From an uncultured Bacilli bacterium (GTDB lineage Bacteria > Bacillota_I > Bacilli_A > RF39 > UBA660), in NCBI GenBank assembly GCA_947588895.1, contig CANQBF010000001.1, forward strand, positions 1 through 60,058: a stretch of 60,058 nt of DNA, read 5' to 3'. The notes under the pieces are model-generated. The model was not told the DNA's origin and searched no databases. It saw only the letters and a list, made by a program, of their open reading frames with translations. Of this stretch, positions 7,681 through 17,074 are shown piece after piece (positions within the stretch are counted from its first letter, which is position 1; every line of letters starts with the position of its first letter). The position numbers and the translations under genes were made by a program.

Positions 7681-9219
7681 CTACTCTTCTTCTTCGCAAT
7701 CTTCTTTTTTTATAATTATTGTATATTTTAATTCTTTTGTGTCATCTTCTTCTGTAAATATTGTTGAATAATTGTATTCTCTTAATTCTTTCTTTAATTT
7801 ATCAAATAATTCAAATGCTTTATCCATATCATAATTTTTTTCTTCATTGTTTTTTTCAGTTTTATCATTTATTTCTTTTTCTTCTTCATCATCATTTGAT
7901 TCTTCTGGTATTTCTTCATTTTCGGTAATAGTCGTTTCTATTTTTTCATCTTCATGAGAATTATCATCCTCAACTTTTTCAATTAATCCTAAGTTAGCTA
8001 AAGCTTCTTCAACTGACATCTCACCAGAGTTAGAACTATTATCATTATTTATTGGCTCTACACTTGGTATTACATTATTTATAATTTCATCTGGTGATGG
8101 AGAACTTAATCCTACTTCAGGAATTACTGGGCTAATATCAGGTACAGCAACAGGTTCAGCAATTACTGGTGGTTTTTCCGGTATATAATTTAACATTTCA
8201 ATCGAATCATTAAAACCAGTAGCTTTTTTCTTTCTTTCTACTTTCATATTAGCTTGTTCATCTTCTAAGAAATTGAAAAATTTATTAGGAATTGGTTTTT
8301 CTTCAATACCTAAATCTATTGTATTTGAATTATTTATAGGTTCTATATTAGTTGGAGATTCAACATTGTTATTTACTACATCTATATTAACTGGTGGTTC
8401 AACTAAATTATTGTTTATTACATCTAAATTTGTTGGTTGTTCTACCACATTATTATTAACAGTATCTAAATTAGTAATAGTTGGTGGTTCAAGTGACATA
8501 CCAACTAAATCAGGAATACTATTTGTGGGAACATTATTAACATTATTATTTTCCATAACATTATTTAATTCAACTGGTGGTTCCATAACATCATTAACTT
8601 TTGGTTCTTCTTTTTTAGTTAAACCTTTTAATCTATTATCTAATTCTTTAACAGTAATTCTTTCATCTAAAATAACTTTTAACCAATTATTTTGTTCTTC
8701 TTCCGTTTTTAATTGAAGCAAACTACGAGCATGTCTTTCGGAAATTTTACCTTCCATTAAAGCATCTTTTACGCTTTCTGATAAAGATAATAATCTTAAT
8801 TTGTTAGCTACAGCTGATTGACTTAATCCCATTTTTTTAGCTAATTCTTCTTGAGTCATACCTTTACTTAATAAGGTTTCATAAGAACGAGCTTCTTCAA
8901 TCGGATTTAAATCTTTTCTTTGAATATTTTCCACAATAGCTACTTCAGCACTTTGCTTATCATCCATTTCAGTTATTATTGCAGGTACGGAAGTAAGACC
9001 GGCCATTTTCGCAGCTTTATATCTTCTTTCGCCAGCAATTATTTCGTACTTTTCTCCTATCTTTCTAACGACTAAAGGCTGAATAATACCATGTTCTTTA
9101 ATTGATAAAGATAATTCATTTAATGCACTTTCATCAAACTTCAAACGAGGTTGAAAACGATTAGGAATAACATCTTCAATTGGTAAATTTAAAACTTGCG
9201 AATTTGTATTCACACTCAT
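7681..9219 (-). CDS. noc: ParB-family protein of the Noc (nucleoid occlusion) type, with a long internal low-complexity repeat insertion and an acidic region
   Basis: 512 aa with the ParB N-domain (IPNRFQPR, GIIQPLVVRK, IIAGERRYKAAK). The HTH region QSAVANKLRLLSLSESVKDALMEGKISERHARSL resembles my recollection of B. subtilis Noc (QSTIANKLRLLKLP..ITERHARAL), not Spo0J (RPHIANHLRLLTLP..LSMGHGRTL). The gene lies directly downstream of rsmG, the position noc occupies in Bacillus. An in-frame stop 4 codons upstream of the ATG rules out an N-terminal extension. Confidence 0.8.
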   Translation of the reverse strand: MSVNTNSQVLNLPIEDVIPNRFQPRLKFDESALNELSLSIKEHGIIQPLVVRKIGEKYEIIAGERRYKAAKMAGLTSVPAIITEMDDKQSAEVAIVENIQRKDLNPIEEARSYETLLSKGMTQEELAKKMGLSQSAVANKLRLLSLSESVKDALMEGKISERHARSLLQLKTEEEQNNWLKVILDERITVKELDNRLKGLTKKEEPKVNDVMEPPVELNNVMENNNVNNVPTNSIPDLVGMSLEPPTITNLDTVNNNVVEQPTNLDVINNNLVEPPVNIDVVNNNVESPTNIEPINNSNTIDLGIEEKPIPNKFFNFLEDEQANMKVERKKKATGFNDSIEMLNYIPEKPPVIAEPVAVPDISPVIPEVGLSSPSPDEIINNVIPSVEPINNDNSSNSGEMSVEEALANLGLIEKVEDDNSHEDEKIETTITENEEIPEESNDDEEEKEINDKTEKNNEEKNYDMDKAFELFDKLKKELREYNYSTIFTEEDDTKELKYTIIIKKEDCEEEE

Positions 9220-9261
9220 CAGGCCCCTTTACCTCTATAATTAATTCTATCTTATTTGTAC

Positions 9262-9969
9262 TTATTTTACAAGTGGCTTTTTTAAAATTTTATCATAATT
9301 TCTTAAATCTTCTTTTTTAAAATTTGCATAATTTTTTATACAAATTATATTTCTAATACCTTCATCTTTATATAAATTAAAAGTTATAATATTTTCAATA
9401 CGACAATTTAAATAATTAATGGTCTTTTTAGCTTCTTCTAATTCTTTTTCAATATTACCTTTCATACTAATAAATAAACCATCTTTTTTAACTAAAGGAA
9501 TAGCTAATTCACATAGTATTCTTAAATTAGCTACTGCTCTTCCAGTTACTACATCAAATTTATTTAAATTATCTTTAGCATAATCTTCTACTCTAGCATT
9601 AACAATATTAAATTCTATATTTAATTTTTGAGCTAAACTTTCTAAAAATTTTGTTTTCTTATTATTAGAATCAATTAATGTTACATTAAGATGGGGAAAA
9701 AATATTTTTATTACCATTCCTGGTAAACCGGCGCCACTTCCAATATCAAGCAAATTATTAATATTATTAAAATTAATAATTTTTACAATAGTTAAAGAAT
9801 CATAAAAATGTTTTAAATAAATATCATTATCATCAATAATTCTAGTTAAATTAGTATGAGTATTATATTCTTTTAAATATTCTTTATATATTTCTAATTT
9901 ATCTAACATAGCAGTATCATAATTTATTTTTAACTCATCTAAAGCTTTAATAAATTCTTCTTTAGTCAT
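9262..9969 (-). CDS. rsmG: 16S rRNA (guanine527-N7)-methyltransferase RsmG (GidB)
   Basis: 235 aa with the SAM motif LLDIGSGAGLPG. It overlaps the end of mnmG by 8 nt, which is the canonical position. Confidence 0.93.
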   Translation of the reverse strand: MTKEEFIKALDELKINYDTAMLDKLEIYKEYLKEYNTHTNLTRIIDDNDIYLKHFYDSLTIVKIINFNNINNLLDIGSGAGLPGMVIKIFFPHLNVTLIDSNNKKTKFLESLAQKLNIEFNIVNARVEDYAKDNLNKFDVVTGRAVANLRILCELAIPLVKKDGLFISMKGNIEKELEEAKKTINYLNCRIENIITFNLYKDEGIRNIICIKNYANFKKEDLRNYDKILKKPLVK

Positions 9970-11821
9970 TATTGTACTCCTTTTTTAAATATATTGATAA
10001 AATTGTAATATCACTTGGATTAACACCACTTATTCTTGATGCTTGAGCAATCGTTCTAGGTCTTATTTCACTTAATTTTTGTCGTGCTTCACTAGCTAAA
10101 TTTTTAACTTTTGAATAATCTATATCTAATGGTATTTCTTTTTCTTCTATTTTTTTTAATTTATCACTTTCTTTTATTGCTTTATTTATATATCCTTCAT
10201 ACTTAGTTAATATTTCTACTTGTTCTAATACATCTTTATCATATTCAAAGTTATGGTATTTATTTAAAAATTCAAAAGTTATTTCAGGTCTTTTTAATAA
10301 TTCTTCGTAAGATAAGTTTCTTAAAGGAATACTAAAATTATGATTTATAAAATCATTTTTAATTTCATTATTTAATTCTAACTTATTATTTTTTATTTCA
10401 TCAATTAATTTAGCAATATTTTCTTTTTTTAATTGTAATCTTTTATATTGTTCATCATTAATTGTATGATATTTATAAGCAATATCTCGAAGTCTTAAAT
10501 CAGCATTATCATGTCTTAATATTAAACGGAATTCTGCTCTACTTGTAAGCATACGATAAGGGTCTTTTATACCTTTAGTTACTAAATCATCTATTAAAAC
10601 ACCAATATAAGCTTCATTTCTTTTTAATACTAAAGCATCTTTTTGAAGAATTTTTTGAACTGCATTAATACCAGCGATTAAACCTTGACCAGCAGCTTCT
10701 TCATAACCACTTGTACCATTAATTTGACCGGCAGTAAATAAATTACTAATAATTTTATTTTCTAAAGATGGATACATTTGTAATGGATTAATTGCATCAT
10801 ATTCAATAGCATAAGCATATTTAGTTATTTTAGCATGTTCTAATCCTTCTAAACTATGAACTAATTTTTCTTGAACATCGATTGGCATACTAGTGGAAAA
10901 ACCTTGTAAATACCATTCATCATAATAAATACTTTCCGGTTCTAAAAATAATTGATGTCTTTCTTTATCACTAAATCTAACTATTTTATCTTCAATAGAT
11001 GGACAATATCTAGGACCAGTTCCTGTAACATAACCACCATACATTGCTGATTTAGTTAAATTATCTTTAATTATTTGATGAGTATTAGCATTTGTATATA
11101 AAAGATAACATTTTTGTTGTTTATTTATATCATATACTGGTTTAATATCATGACTAAATGTATAATAAGTATCATCTCCAAGTTCTTCTTTTAATTTACT
11201 AAAATTAATACTATCTTTAGCTATTCTAGGGGGAGTTCCAGTTTTTAATCTAATTATTTCTAATCCATATTCTTTTAATTTATCACTTAGTTGATTACTT
11301 CTACCTTCACCATGTGGTCCTTCATCTTTTTTTGAACTTCCCACAAGAATTGAAGCTTTTAAATATGTACCAGTTGTTAATATAACTGTTTTACTATATA
11401 TTTTAGTATTATCACTTAAAATAACACCTTTTACTATATTATTTTCAATTATTAAATCTTCCACTAAAGCTTCTTTAATTTCTAAATTAGGATTACTTTC
11501 TAAATATTCAAGCATTACTTTAGGATATACTCTTTTATCAGCTTGACAACGTAAACTTCTTACCGCAGGACCTTTTGAATTATTAAGCATTTTTATTTGA
11601 AAATGACTTTTATCAGCCACTATACCCATAAGTCCACCAAGAGCATCTATTTCTCTTACAATTATGCCTTTAGCAACACCACCAATGGAAGGATTACATG
11701 GCATATCAGCAATATTTTTTTTATTCATGGTTAAAAGAAGTGTCTTCATTCCTAGTTTGGCACTTATATTTGATGCTTCACAACCAGCATGTCCTCCTCC
11801 TACTACTATTACATCATACAT
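9962..11821 (-). CDS. mnmG: tRNA uridine 5-carboxymethylaminomethyl modification enzyme MnmG (GidA)
   Basis: It has the FAD motif MYDVIVVGGGHAGCEA and the conserved MnmG core. I moved the start to the ATG at 11821, because the ORF-track start (11845) overlaps the mnmE stop and adds 8 non-conserved residues. Confidence 0.95.
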   Translation of the reverse strand: MYDVIVVGGGHAGCEASNISAKLGMKTLLLTMNKKNIADMPCNPSIGGVAKGIIVREIDALGGLMGIVADKSHFQIKMLNNSKGPAVRSLRCQADKRVYPKVMLEYLESNPNLEIKEALVEDLIIENNIVKGVILSDNTKIYSKTVILTTGTYLKASILVGSSKKDEGPHGEGRSNQLSDKLKEYGLEIIRLKTGTPPRIAKDSINFSKLKEELGDDTYYTFSHDIKPVYDINKQQKCYLLYTNANTHQIIKDNLTKSAMYGGYVTGTGPRYCPSIEDKIVRFSDKERHQLFLEPESIYYDEWYLQGFSTSMPIDVQEKLVHSLEGLEHAKITKYAYAIEYDAINPLQMYPSLENKIISNLFTAGQINGTSGYEEAAGQGLIAGINAVQKILQKDALVLKRNEAYIGVLIDDLVTKGIKDPYRMLTSRAEFRLILRHDNADLRLRDIAYKYHTINDEQYKRLQLKKENIAKLIDEIKNNKLELNNEIKNDFINHNFSIPLRNLSYEELLKRPEITFEFLNKYHNFEYDKDVLEQVEILTKYEGYINKAIKESDKLKKIEEKEIPLDIDYSKVKNLASEARQKLSEIRPRTIAQASRISGVNPSDITILSIYLKKEYNND

Positions 11822-11829
11822 AAAATCAC

Positions 11830-13170
11830 TTACTTTCCTACACAAAAATTACTAAATAGAATATCTAATAATTCATCTTGATAAACTTCACCAATTATTT
11901 CTCCTAAATTATTCCATGCATTATTAATATCTATTTCTACCATATCTATTGGCATAGAATTTAAATTAAGAATTGCACTCTCAATGTTATTAAGAGCTTT
12001 TTTTAATAAATCTATTTCTCTTATATTAGACATATATGTCATATCATTAACCATAATATTATCTAAATTTAATTTTTCTTTTATTGCTTTTTTTAAACTA
12101 TCTATACCATTATAATCAATAGTATTTCCTAAAATATATTCTTTTTTTAATTCTAATTTATTGTCTAAATCATTTTTATTAACAAAGATAATTCTTTTAT
12201 TTTCAGGAACTAAATTAATTAATTCTTCATCTTCTTGAGTTAATTTTTCATTATTATTTAATATTACTATAACAATATCAGCACTCTTAGTTGCTTGTTT
12301 ACTCTTTTCTACCCCAATTTTTTCGACTACATCACTTGTTTCTCTTATTCCTGCTGTATCAATAAAATTAATTTCAAAACCATCTAAAGTTATACTTCCT
12401 TCAACAATATCTCTTGTTGTTCCTGGTATATTAGTTACAATCGCTTTTTCTTCATCTAAAAACTTATTTAAAATACTACTCTTTCCAGTATTTGGTCTAC
12501 CTATTAAAGCTATATTTATTCCATTATTAATAAGTTTAGCATTCTTAGTATTATTTAAGATTATTTCTATTTCTTCTTTTATCTTATTTAATTTTGGTTT
12601 TAATATTTTATTAGTTATTACTTCAATATCTTCATATTCAGGATAATCAATATTTACTTCAATATTAGCCATTAATTCTCCAATATTATTTCTTAATGAT
12701 TTTATTTTATTATATAAATTTCCTTTTATATTATTTAATGCTACTTTTCTTGCTATATCACTCTTTGCATTAATTAAATCATTAACGGCTTCAGCTTTAG
12801 TTAAATCTATTCTACCATTTAAAAATGCTCTTTTAGTAAATTCTCCTGGTTCAGCAAGTCTTGCTCCTTGTTCTAAAACCAATTCTAATATTTTATTAGT
12901 TGTATTTATTCCACCATGAGAATTAATTTCAACAATATCTTCCATTGTATATGTTTTTGGTGCTTTTAATATACTTACTAATACTTCATCAATTAATTCA
13001 TCTTTATCATAAATATAACCATAATTAATCGTATTACTTTCTACTTTATTTAAATCTTTTCCTTTATATATTTTATTTATAATTTTAAATGCATCTTTAC
13101 CACTTATTCTAATTATTGAAATTGCTCCAACTCCTTTAGCTGTTGAAATTGCACATATAGTATCTTCCAT
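11830..13170 (-). CDS. mnmE: tRNA modification GTPase MnmE (TrmE)
   Basis: 446 aa with G1 GRPNTGKSS, G3 DTAGIR, G4 NKND and the C-terminal FCVGK motif. Confidence 0.96.
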   Translation of the reverse strand: MEDTICAISTAKGVGAISIIRISGKDAFKIINKIYKGKDLNKVESNTINYGYIYDKDELIDEVLVSILKAPKTYTMEDIVEINSHGGINTTNKILELVLEQGARLAEPGEFTKRAFLNGRIDLTKAEAVNDLINAKSDIARKVALNNIKGNLYNKIKSLRNNIGELMANIEVNIDYPEYEDIEVITNKILKPKLNKIKEEIEIILNNTKNAKLINNGINIALIGRPNTGKSSILNKFLDEEKAIVTNIPGTTRDIVEGSITLDGFEINFIDTAGIRETSDVVEKIGVEKSKQATKSADIVIVILNNNEKLTQEDEELINLVPENKRIIFVNKNDLDNKLELKKEYILGNTIDYNGIDSLKKAIKEKLNLDNIMVNDMTYMSNIREIDLLKKALNNIESAILNLNSMPIDMVEIDINNAWNNLGEIIGEVYQDELLDILFSNFCVGK

Positions 13171-13252
13171 AGATAACCACCCGGCAATATATTAGCACAA
13201 ATTACATTTATTTGCATTAAAAAATAGTAACTTAATTACTATTTTAACATTT

Positions 13253-13789
13253 TTATAATTTAATTATTTCTCTATTTCTTACTAAATTATTTTTACTTTT
13301 AGTTTTTATATCTTCTATCATCTGATATATTATATCTATATTATGTTCTTCATTGAATTTAGAAATATCTACATTAAAATTTTCTAACGTTCCATTTTGT
13401 AAATCAAACTTCGATACACTTAATTCTTTAATATTAAGTAAATCTTCTGTAGCATTAATTTCAAATTGATATAAAATATCACCCTCTATATATTTCACAC
13501 CAAATTTAGGAAATAAACCACTTTCTATAGTTACATGTTCATTTTTAAACATAAAATTTAATGAACAACAATATTTTTCTCTAAACCAAGAAGTTACATT
13601 ACAATTATCAAAATATAAATAAACATATATATTATGGTAATCATCATATTTTAATTCAATATTTTTTAAATTATAATCATCTTTTAAAAAAAATGATAAA
13701 TATAAATTTAAATTATAATTAATCATTTCTTTATAATCATCGTATTTTAAATTATCATTTATATAATTTTTTAATTTTTCTAAATACAT
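13253..13789 (-). CDS. Hypothetical cytoplasmic protein (178 aa)
   Basis: A long ORF with no motif I recognise. It is co-oriented with 13801..14484 and separated from it by 11 nt. Confidence 0.6.
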   Translation of the reverse strand: MYLEKLKNYINDNLKYDDYKEMINYNLNLYLSFFLKDDYNLKNIELKYDDYHNIYVYLYFDNCNVTSWFREKYCCSLNFMFKNEHVTIESGLFPKFGVKYIEGDILYQFEINATEDLLNIKELSVSKFDLQNGTLENFNVDISKFNEEHNIDIIYQMIEDIKTKSKNNLVRNREIIKL

Positions 13790-13800
13790 AACTAATCCTT

Positions 13801-14484
13801 TTAATATTTTTTTAATTTTAATTTAATTTCATCAAAATTATTATTTAACTTATTATCAAATGTTTCTATATTCATAATATTTTGATTAATAGCATTATCT
13901 CTAGCATTTAATATATTTGAAACTTCTTCAATATTCGTTTGTTCTTGATTTAATAAGTTTTGTATTTCTTCTTTTAAAGATTCTATATTAGTTAATTTTT
14001 GTTCTTTTTTTATTGTTAAAGATTTAATATCATCATCAATAGTTTTTAACATATCTTCTAATTCTTCTTTAGTATAATCGCTATCTATAAATTTCTTTTT
14101 ACAAAGATAATAACCTGGAATAGTAGCTGCTAAGAAAACTAATTGAAGAAGTAAACTCAAAAATAAAATTTCTTTTAAAGACACTAGGCTTTCAGATAAT
14201 ATAACTCCGATAAGATTAACAAATATTAATCCACCAACAAATGCAAAAGCATGAACTATTAATAAAACTTCAACTAATTTTTTATGATTTTTTTTATAAT
14301 TTTTTAATTTAGATAGTTTATTATTTATTCTTTCTCTATCATTTTTTGTTTCTATTAATTCACTATCTATTATATTAATTTTATTTTCTTCATCTTTTAT
14401 ATTTTTTTCAATTTCTCTAACTCTTTTTAAGTTATCTATATTTTCCTCTAATATATCTATACTTAATTTTGTATAATTATCCAT
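13801..14484 (-). CDS. Hypothetical membrane protein: coiled-coil, 2-TM hairpin, coiled-coil
   Basis: 227 aa with heptad-like K/E/N-rich flanks and two central hydrophobic helices (LVEVLLIVHAFAFVGGLIFVNLIGVIL and ILFLSLLLQLVFLAATIPGYYL). Confidence 0.6.
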   Translation of the reverse strand: MDNYTKLSIDILEENIDNLKRVREIEKNIKDEENKINIIDSELIETKNDRERINNKLSKLKNYKKNHKKLVEVLLIVHAFAFVGGLIFVNLIGVILSESLVSLKEILFLSLLLQLVFLAATIPGYYLCKKKFIDSDYTKEELEDMLKTIDDDIKSLTIKKEQKLTNIESLKEEIQNLLNQEQTNIEEVSNILNARDNAINQNIMNIETFDNKLNNNFDEIKLKLKKY

Positions 14485-14503
14485 AAACCCTCCTTGTTGT
14501 TTA

Positions 14504-15112
14504 CTATTCTGGTTTAATAATTACATGTCTATTTGGTTCTTCACCTTCACTAATTGTACTTACTCCTTTAAAGTTAGTTAAAGCATTATGGATTATTCTT
14601 CTATCATAAGCATTCATATTTTCTAAATGAACTTCAACATTCGTTCTAACAACATCTTTAGCTAAATTTTTAGCGAGTCTTTCTAATCTTCTTTGTTGTT
14701 TTTCACGATAATCTTCAACATCTAAACAAATATAAGGACGAACATTAAATGCTGTATTTAATTTTTGTCTAACTATTACTTCTAAAGCTTTTAAAGTATT
14801 ACCACCTTTTCCAATAATGATTGGATTATTATCAGAATAAATTTTAATATACATACTATCTTCACGCATTTTAGTTTCAAAATTAACTTTTAATCCCATA
14901 TTTGTAAATAATTCTTCTAAATATTCTTTAGTGTATTCTAATAAATCTTTTTTTAAATATGCGCTAACTTCGATAGTTGTATTTTTATTAAATAAACCAT
15001 TTTTCTTTTCCGTATAATGATAATAGAAATCATCTTTTGTAACATTGTATTCATTACAAATTGTTTCTAAAACTTCTTCTAATTCTTTTCCTTCTTTAAT
15101 TATTATTTCCAT
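14504..15112 (-). CDS. jag: Jag/KhpB RNA-binding protein (Jag_N + KH + R3H)
   Basis: 202 aa with a KH motif (IIGKGGNTLKALE) and an R3H motif (YDRRIIHNAL). It lies downstream of yidC. Confidence 0.9.
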   Translation of the reverse strand: MEIIIKEGKELEEVLETICNEYNVTKDDFYYHYTEKKNGLFNKNTTIEVSAYLKKDLLEYTKEYLEELFTNMGLKVNFETKMREDSMYIKIYSDNNPIIIGKGGNTLKALEVIVRQKLNTAFNVRPYICLDVEDYREKQQRRLERLAKNLAKDVVRTNVEVHLENMNAYDRRIIHNALTNFKGVSTISEGEEPNRHVIIKPE

Positions 15113-16145
15113 ACTTAAGACCTCTTTTAATTTCTAATTTTTCCTTTATATTCTTTTTATTTTTTCCATTTTTATTACTTTTCTTTGACTCTCCAAGTAA
15201 CCTTTTAAATATATATGTTTGGACAGCAATAAATGCATAAGTAACAATCCAATAGAATGATAATGCAGTTGATAATGAGAATGAAGTAAGTGTTATGATT
15301 ATAACCATTATTGTTGTCATTGAACTCATTTGATTTGCCATTTCTTTATTATCAGTCATTTGTGCCGTTGAATTCATTGTGTATTTAAATGAAAAATATG
15401 TAGATAAAGCAATTAAAACTATTAATAATAAATATAAATAATTTCCTTTAGTAAGTCCAACATATGGTGTCATACCTAAGTTAAATCCAAGAAGTTTATC
15501 TTCAAATATTGCCGGTACACGATTTATTGCTTGTAAGAAAGCAAAAAACACAGGTAATTGTAAGAATGATATTAAACATCCAGACATTGGTTTAACATTA
15601 TGTTTTTTATAAACCGCCATCATTTCTTGACTTTTCATCATCATACTATCACGGTCTTCACGTCCTCGATATTTATATTCAATTTTTTGCATTTCTTGTT
15701 GAACTTTTTGCATATTCTTACTTTGTTTTTGTGTATTATATGAAAATGGTAATAAGACAATTCTTATTAAAAGTCCGACAATAATTAGGGATATACCCAT
15801 GTTCCCTACAACTTTTCCTAATTTTAATATTAAATAGGCAAGTGGTTTTACGAAAATCATTTCCCAAAGACCAGATGATTTATTAGAATTTAATTTAAAT
15901 GTACTACATGTTGGTAATTTACTTAATGGAATTTTTAATTCTTTATCATATTGTTCATATACTTTATATAATTCTGTATTAGGTTCTGGTTTGCATAATA
16001 TATTGTTTGGTAAATTTTGACCAGTTTCTTTATATTGAACAATTTTTTTATCTTTATCTTTGATGTAGTCGTTCGCCCCACATCCACTTGTTAATAAAAC
16101 CATTATTACTAAAACTATTGCTAATATCTTATTTTTGCTTTTCAT
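15096..16145 (-). CDS. yidC: Membrane protein insertase YidC/SpoIIIJ (lipoprotein)
   Basis: 349 aa with a lipobox (LLTSGC), a multi-TM Oxa1/YidC core and a basic C-terminal tail. Confidence 0.92.
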   Translation of the reverse strand: MKSKNKILAIVLVIMVLLTSGCGANDYIKDKDKKIVQYKETGQNLPNNILCKPEPNTELYKVYEQYDKELKIPLSKLPTCSTFKLNSNKSSGLWEMIFVKPLAYLILKLGKVVGNMGISLIIVGLLIRIVLLPFSYNTQKQSKNMQKVQQEMQKIEYKYRGREDRDSMMMKSQEMMAVYKKHNVKPMSGCLISFLQLPVFFAFLQAINRVPAIFEDKLLGFNLGMTPYVGLTKGNYLYLLLIVLIALSTYFSFKYTMNSTAQMTDNKEMANQMSSMTTIMVIIITLTSFSLSTALSFYWIVTYAFIAVQTYIFKRLLGESKKSNKNGKNKKNIKEKLEIKRGLKYGNNN

Positions 16146-16476
16146 AAATATCTCCTTTATTTTTTAATAAATTGCTAAATTCATCTTCCATTTCTTGATA
16201 AGATAAATTTAATACCTCTTTCTTACATATTATAATATAATTATGATAATTTGGAAATAGATTATAGTTATTTGTAATAATATTTCTTAATTGTCTTTTC
16301 ATTTTATTTCTAACAACAGCATTACCAATTTTTTTACCAACTGCAATACCATAATTATTTTTTATAAAATCTTTCTTTAATCCACATATTATAAAATATT
16401 TATTATTTATTCTTAATCCTTTAGCAATTATTTCATTAAATAATTCATTAGATTTTACTACATCTCTTTTTTTCAT
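16129..16476 (-). CDS. rnpA: Ribonuclease P protein component
   Basis: A 115-aa basic protein located between rpmH and yidC. Confidence 0.9.
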   Translation of the reverse strand: MKKRDVVKSNELFNEIIAKGLRINNKYFIICGLKKDFIKNNYGIAVGKKIGNAVVRNKMKRQLRNIITNNYNLFPNYHNYIIICKKEVLNLSYQEMEDEFSNLLKNKGDIYEKQK

Positions 16477-16498
16477 AATTAAAAAAACCCGTAAGAAA

Positions 16499-16621
16499 TT
16501 ATTTTGTTAATTCCTTACGACCTTTCTTTCTTCTTGAATTTAAAACTTTTGATCCCTTACGTGCAAAGAAACCACATGTTTTAGCTTTTTTTCTTTTATT
16601 TGGTTGATAAGTTCTTTTCAT
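16499..16621 (-). CDS. rpmH: 50S ribosomal protein L34
   Basis: Manual translation gives [40 protein letters not shown] (40 aa), which carries the L34 signature MKRTYQP. It is too short to appear in the ORF track. Confidence 0.93.
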   Translation of the reverse strand: MKRTYQPNKRKKAKTCGFFARKGSKVLNSRRKKGRKELTK

Positions 16622-17074
16622 TTAGCATACACCTCTTTCTTCAAGTGCTATTATTATAATATTAAAAATATAACAATGTCAAGAAATTTAAGTCATTTGA
16701 TTTATCTCAACCTTATTATATATATATTATATATTTTTTTATTTATGTTACTAACTCTATACTTTTCAACACTTTTTTCTTTTTAAAAATAGTTTTTAAC
16801 ATCATTTTGTGGAAAATTATTATTAATTTACTTAGATTATACCGATATTTTTTCTATTATTAACATTTTCAACATTTTAAGAGTTTGAATTTATTTGTTA
16901 ATTTGTTGATAAGTTAAAAACTTTTTGTTGAAAGTGTTAAAAAAAGTGTGTATTATAGATACTGTCTCAAAAAAGTTATGTTGAAAGTTTTGTTGAAAAA
17001 AATTTTTTCTTGTAATAAGAGATTATTTAAGTTAAAATGAAATTGGGATATAAATTTGTATTGTGGGGTGAGGT
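16622..17074. other. oriC, upstream DnaA-box cluster (rpmH-dnaA spacer)
   Basis: At least 8 DnaA-box-like 9-mers. TTTTCAACA occurs at 16763..16771 and 16866..16874. TGTGGAAAA occurs at 16808..16816 and TGTTGATAA at 16904..16912. TGTTGAAAG occurs at 16926..16934 and 16979..16987, and TGTTGAAAA at 16991..16999. Extremely AT-rich tracts lie around 16680..16760. Gene orientation switches here. Confidence 0.85.
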
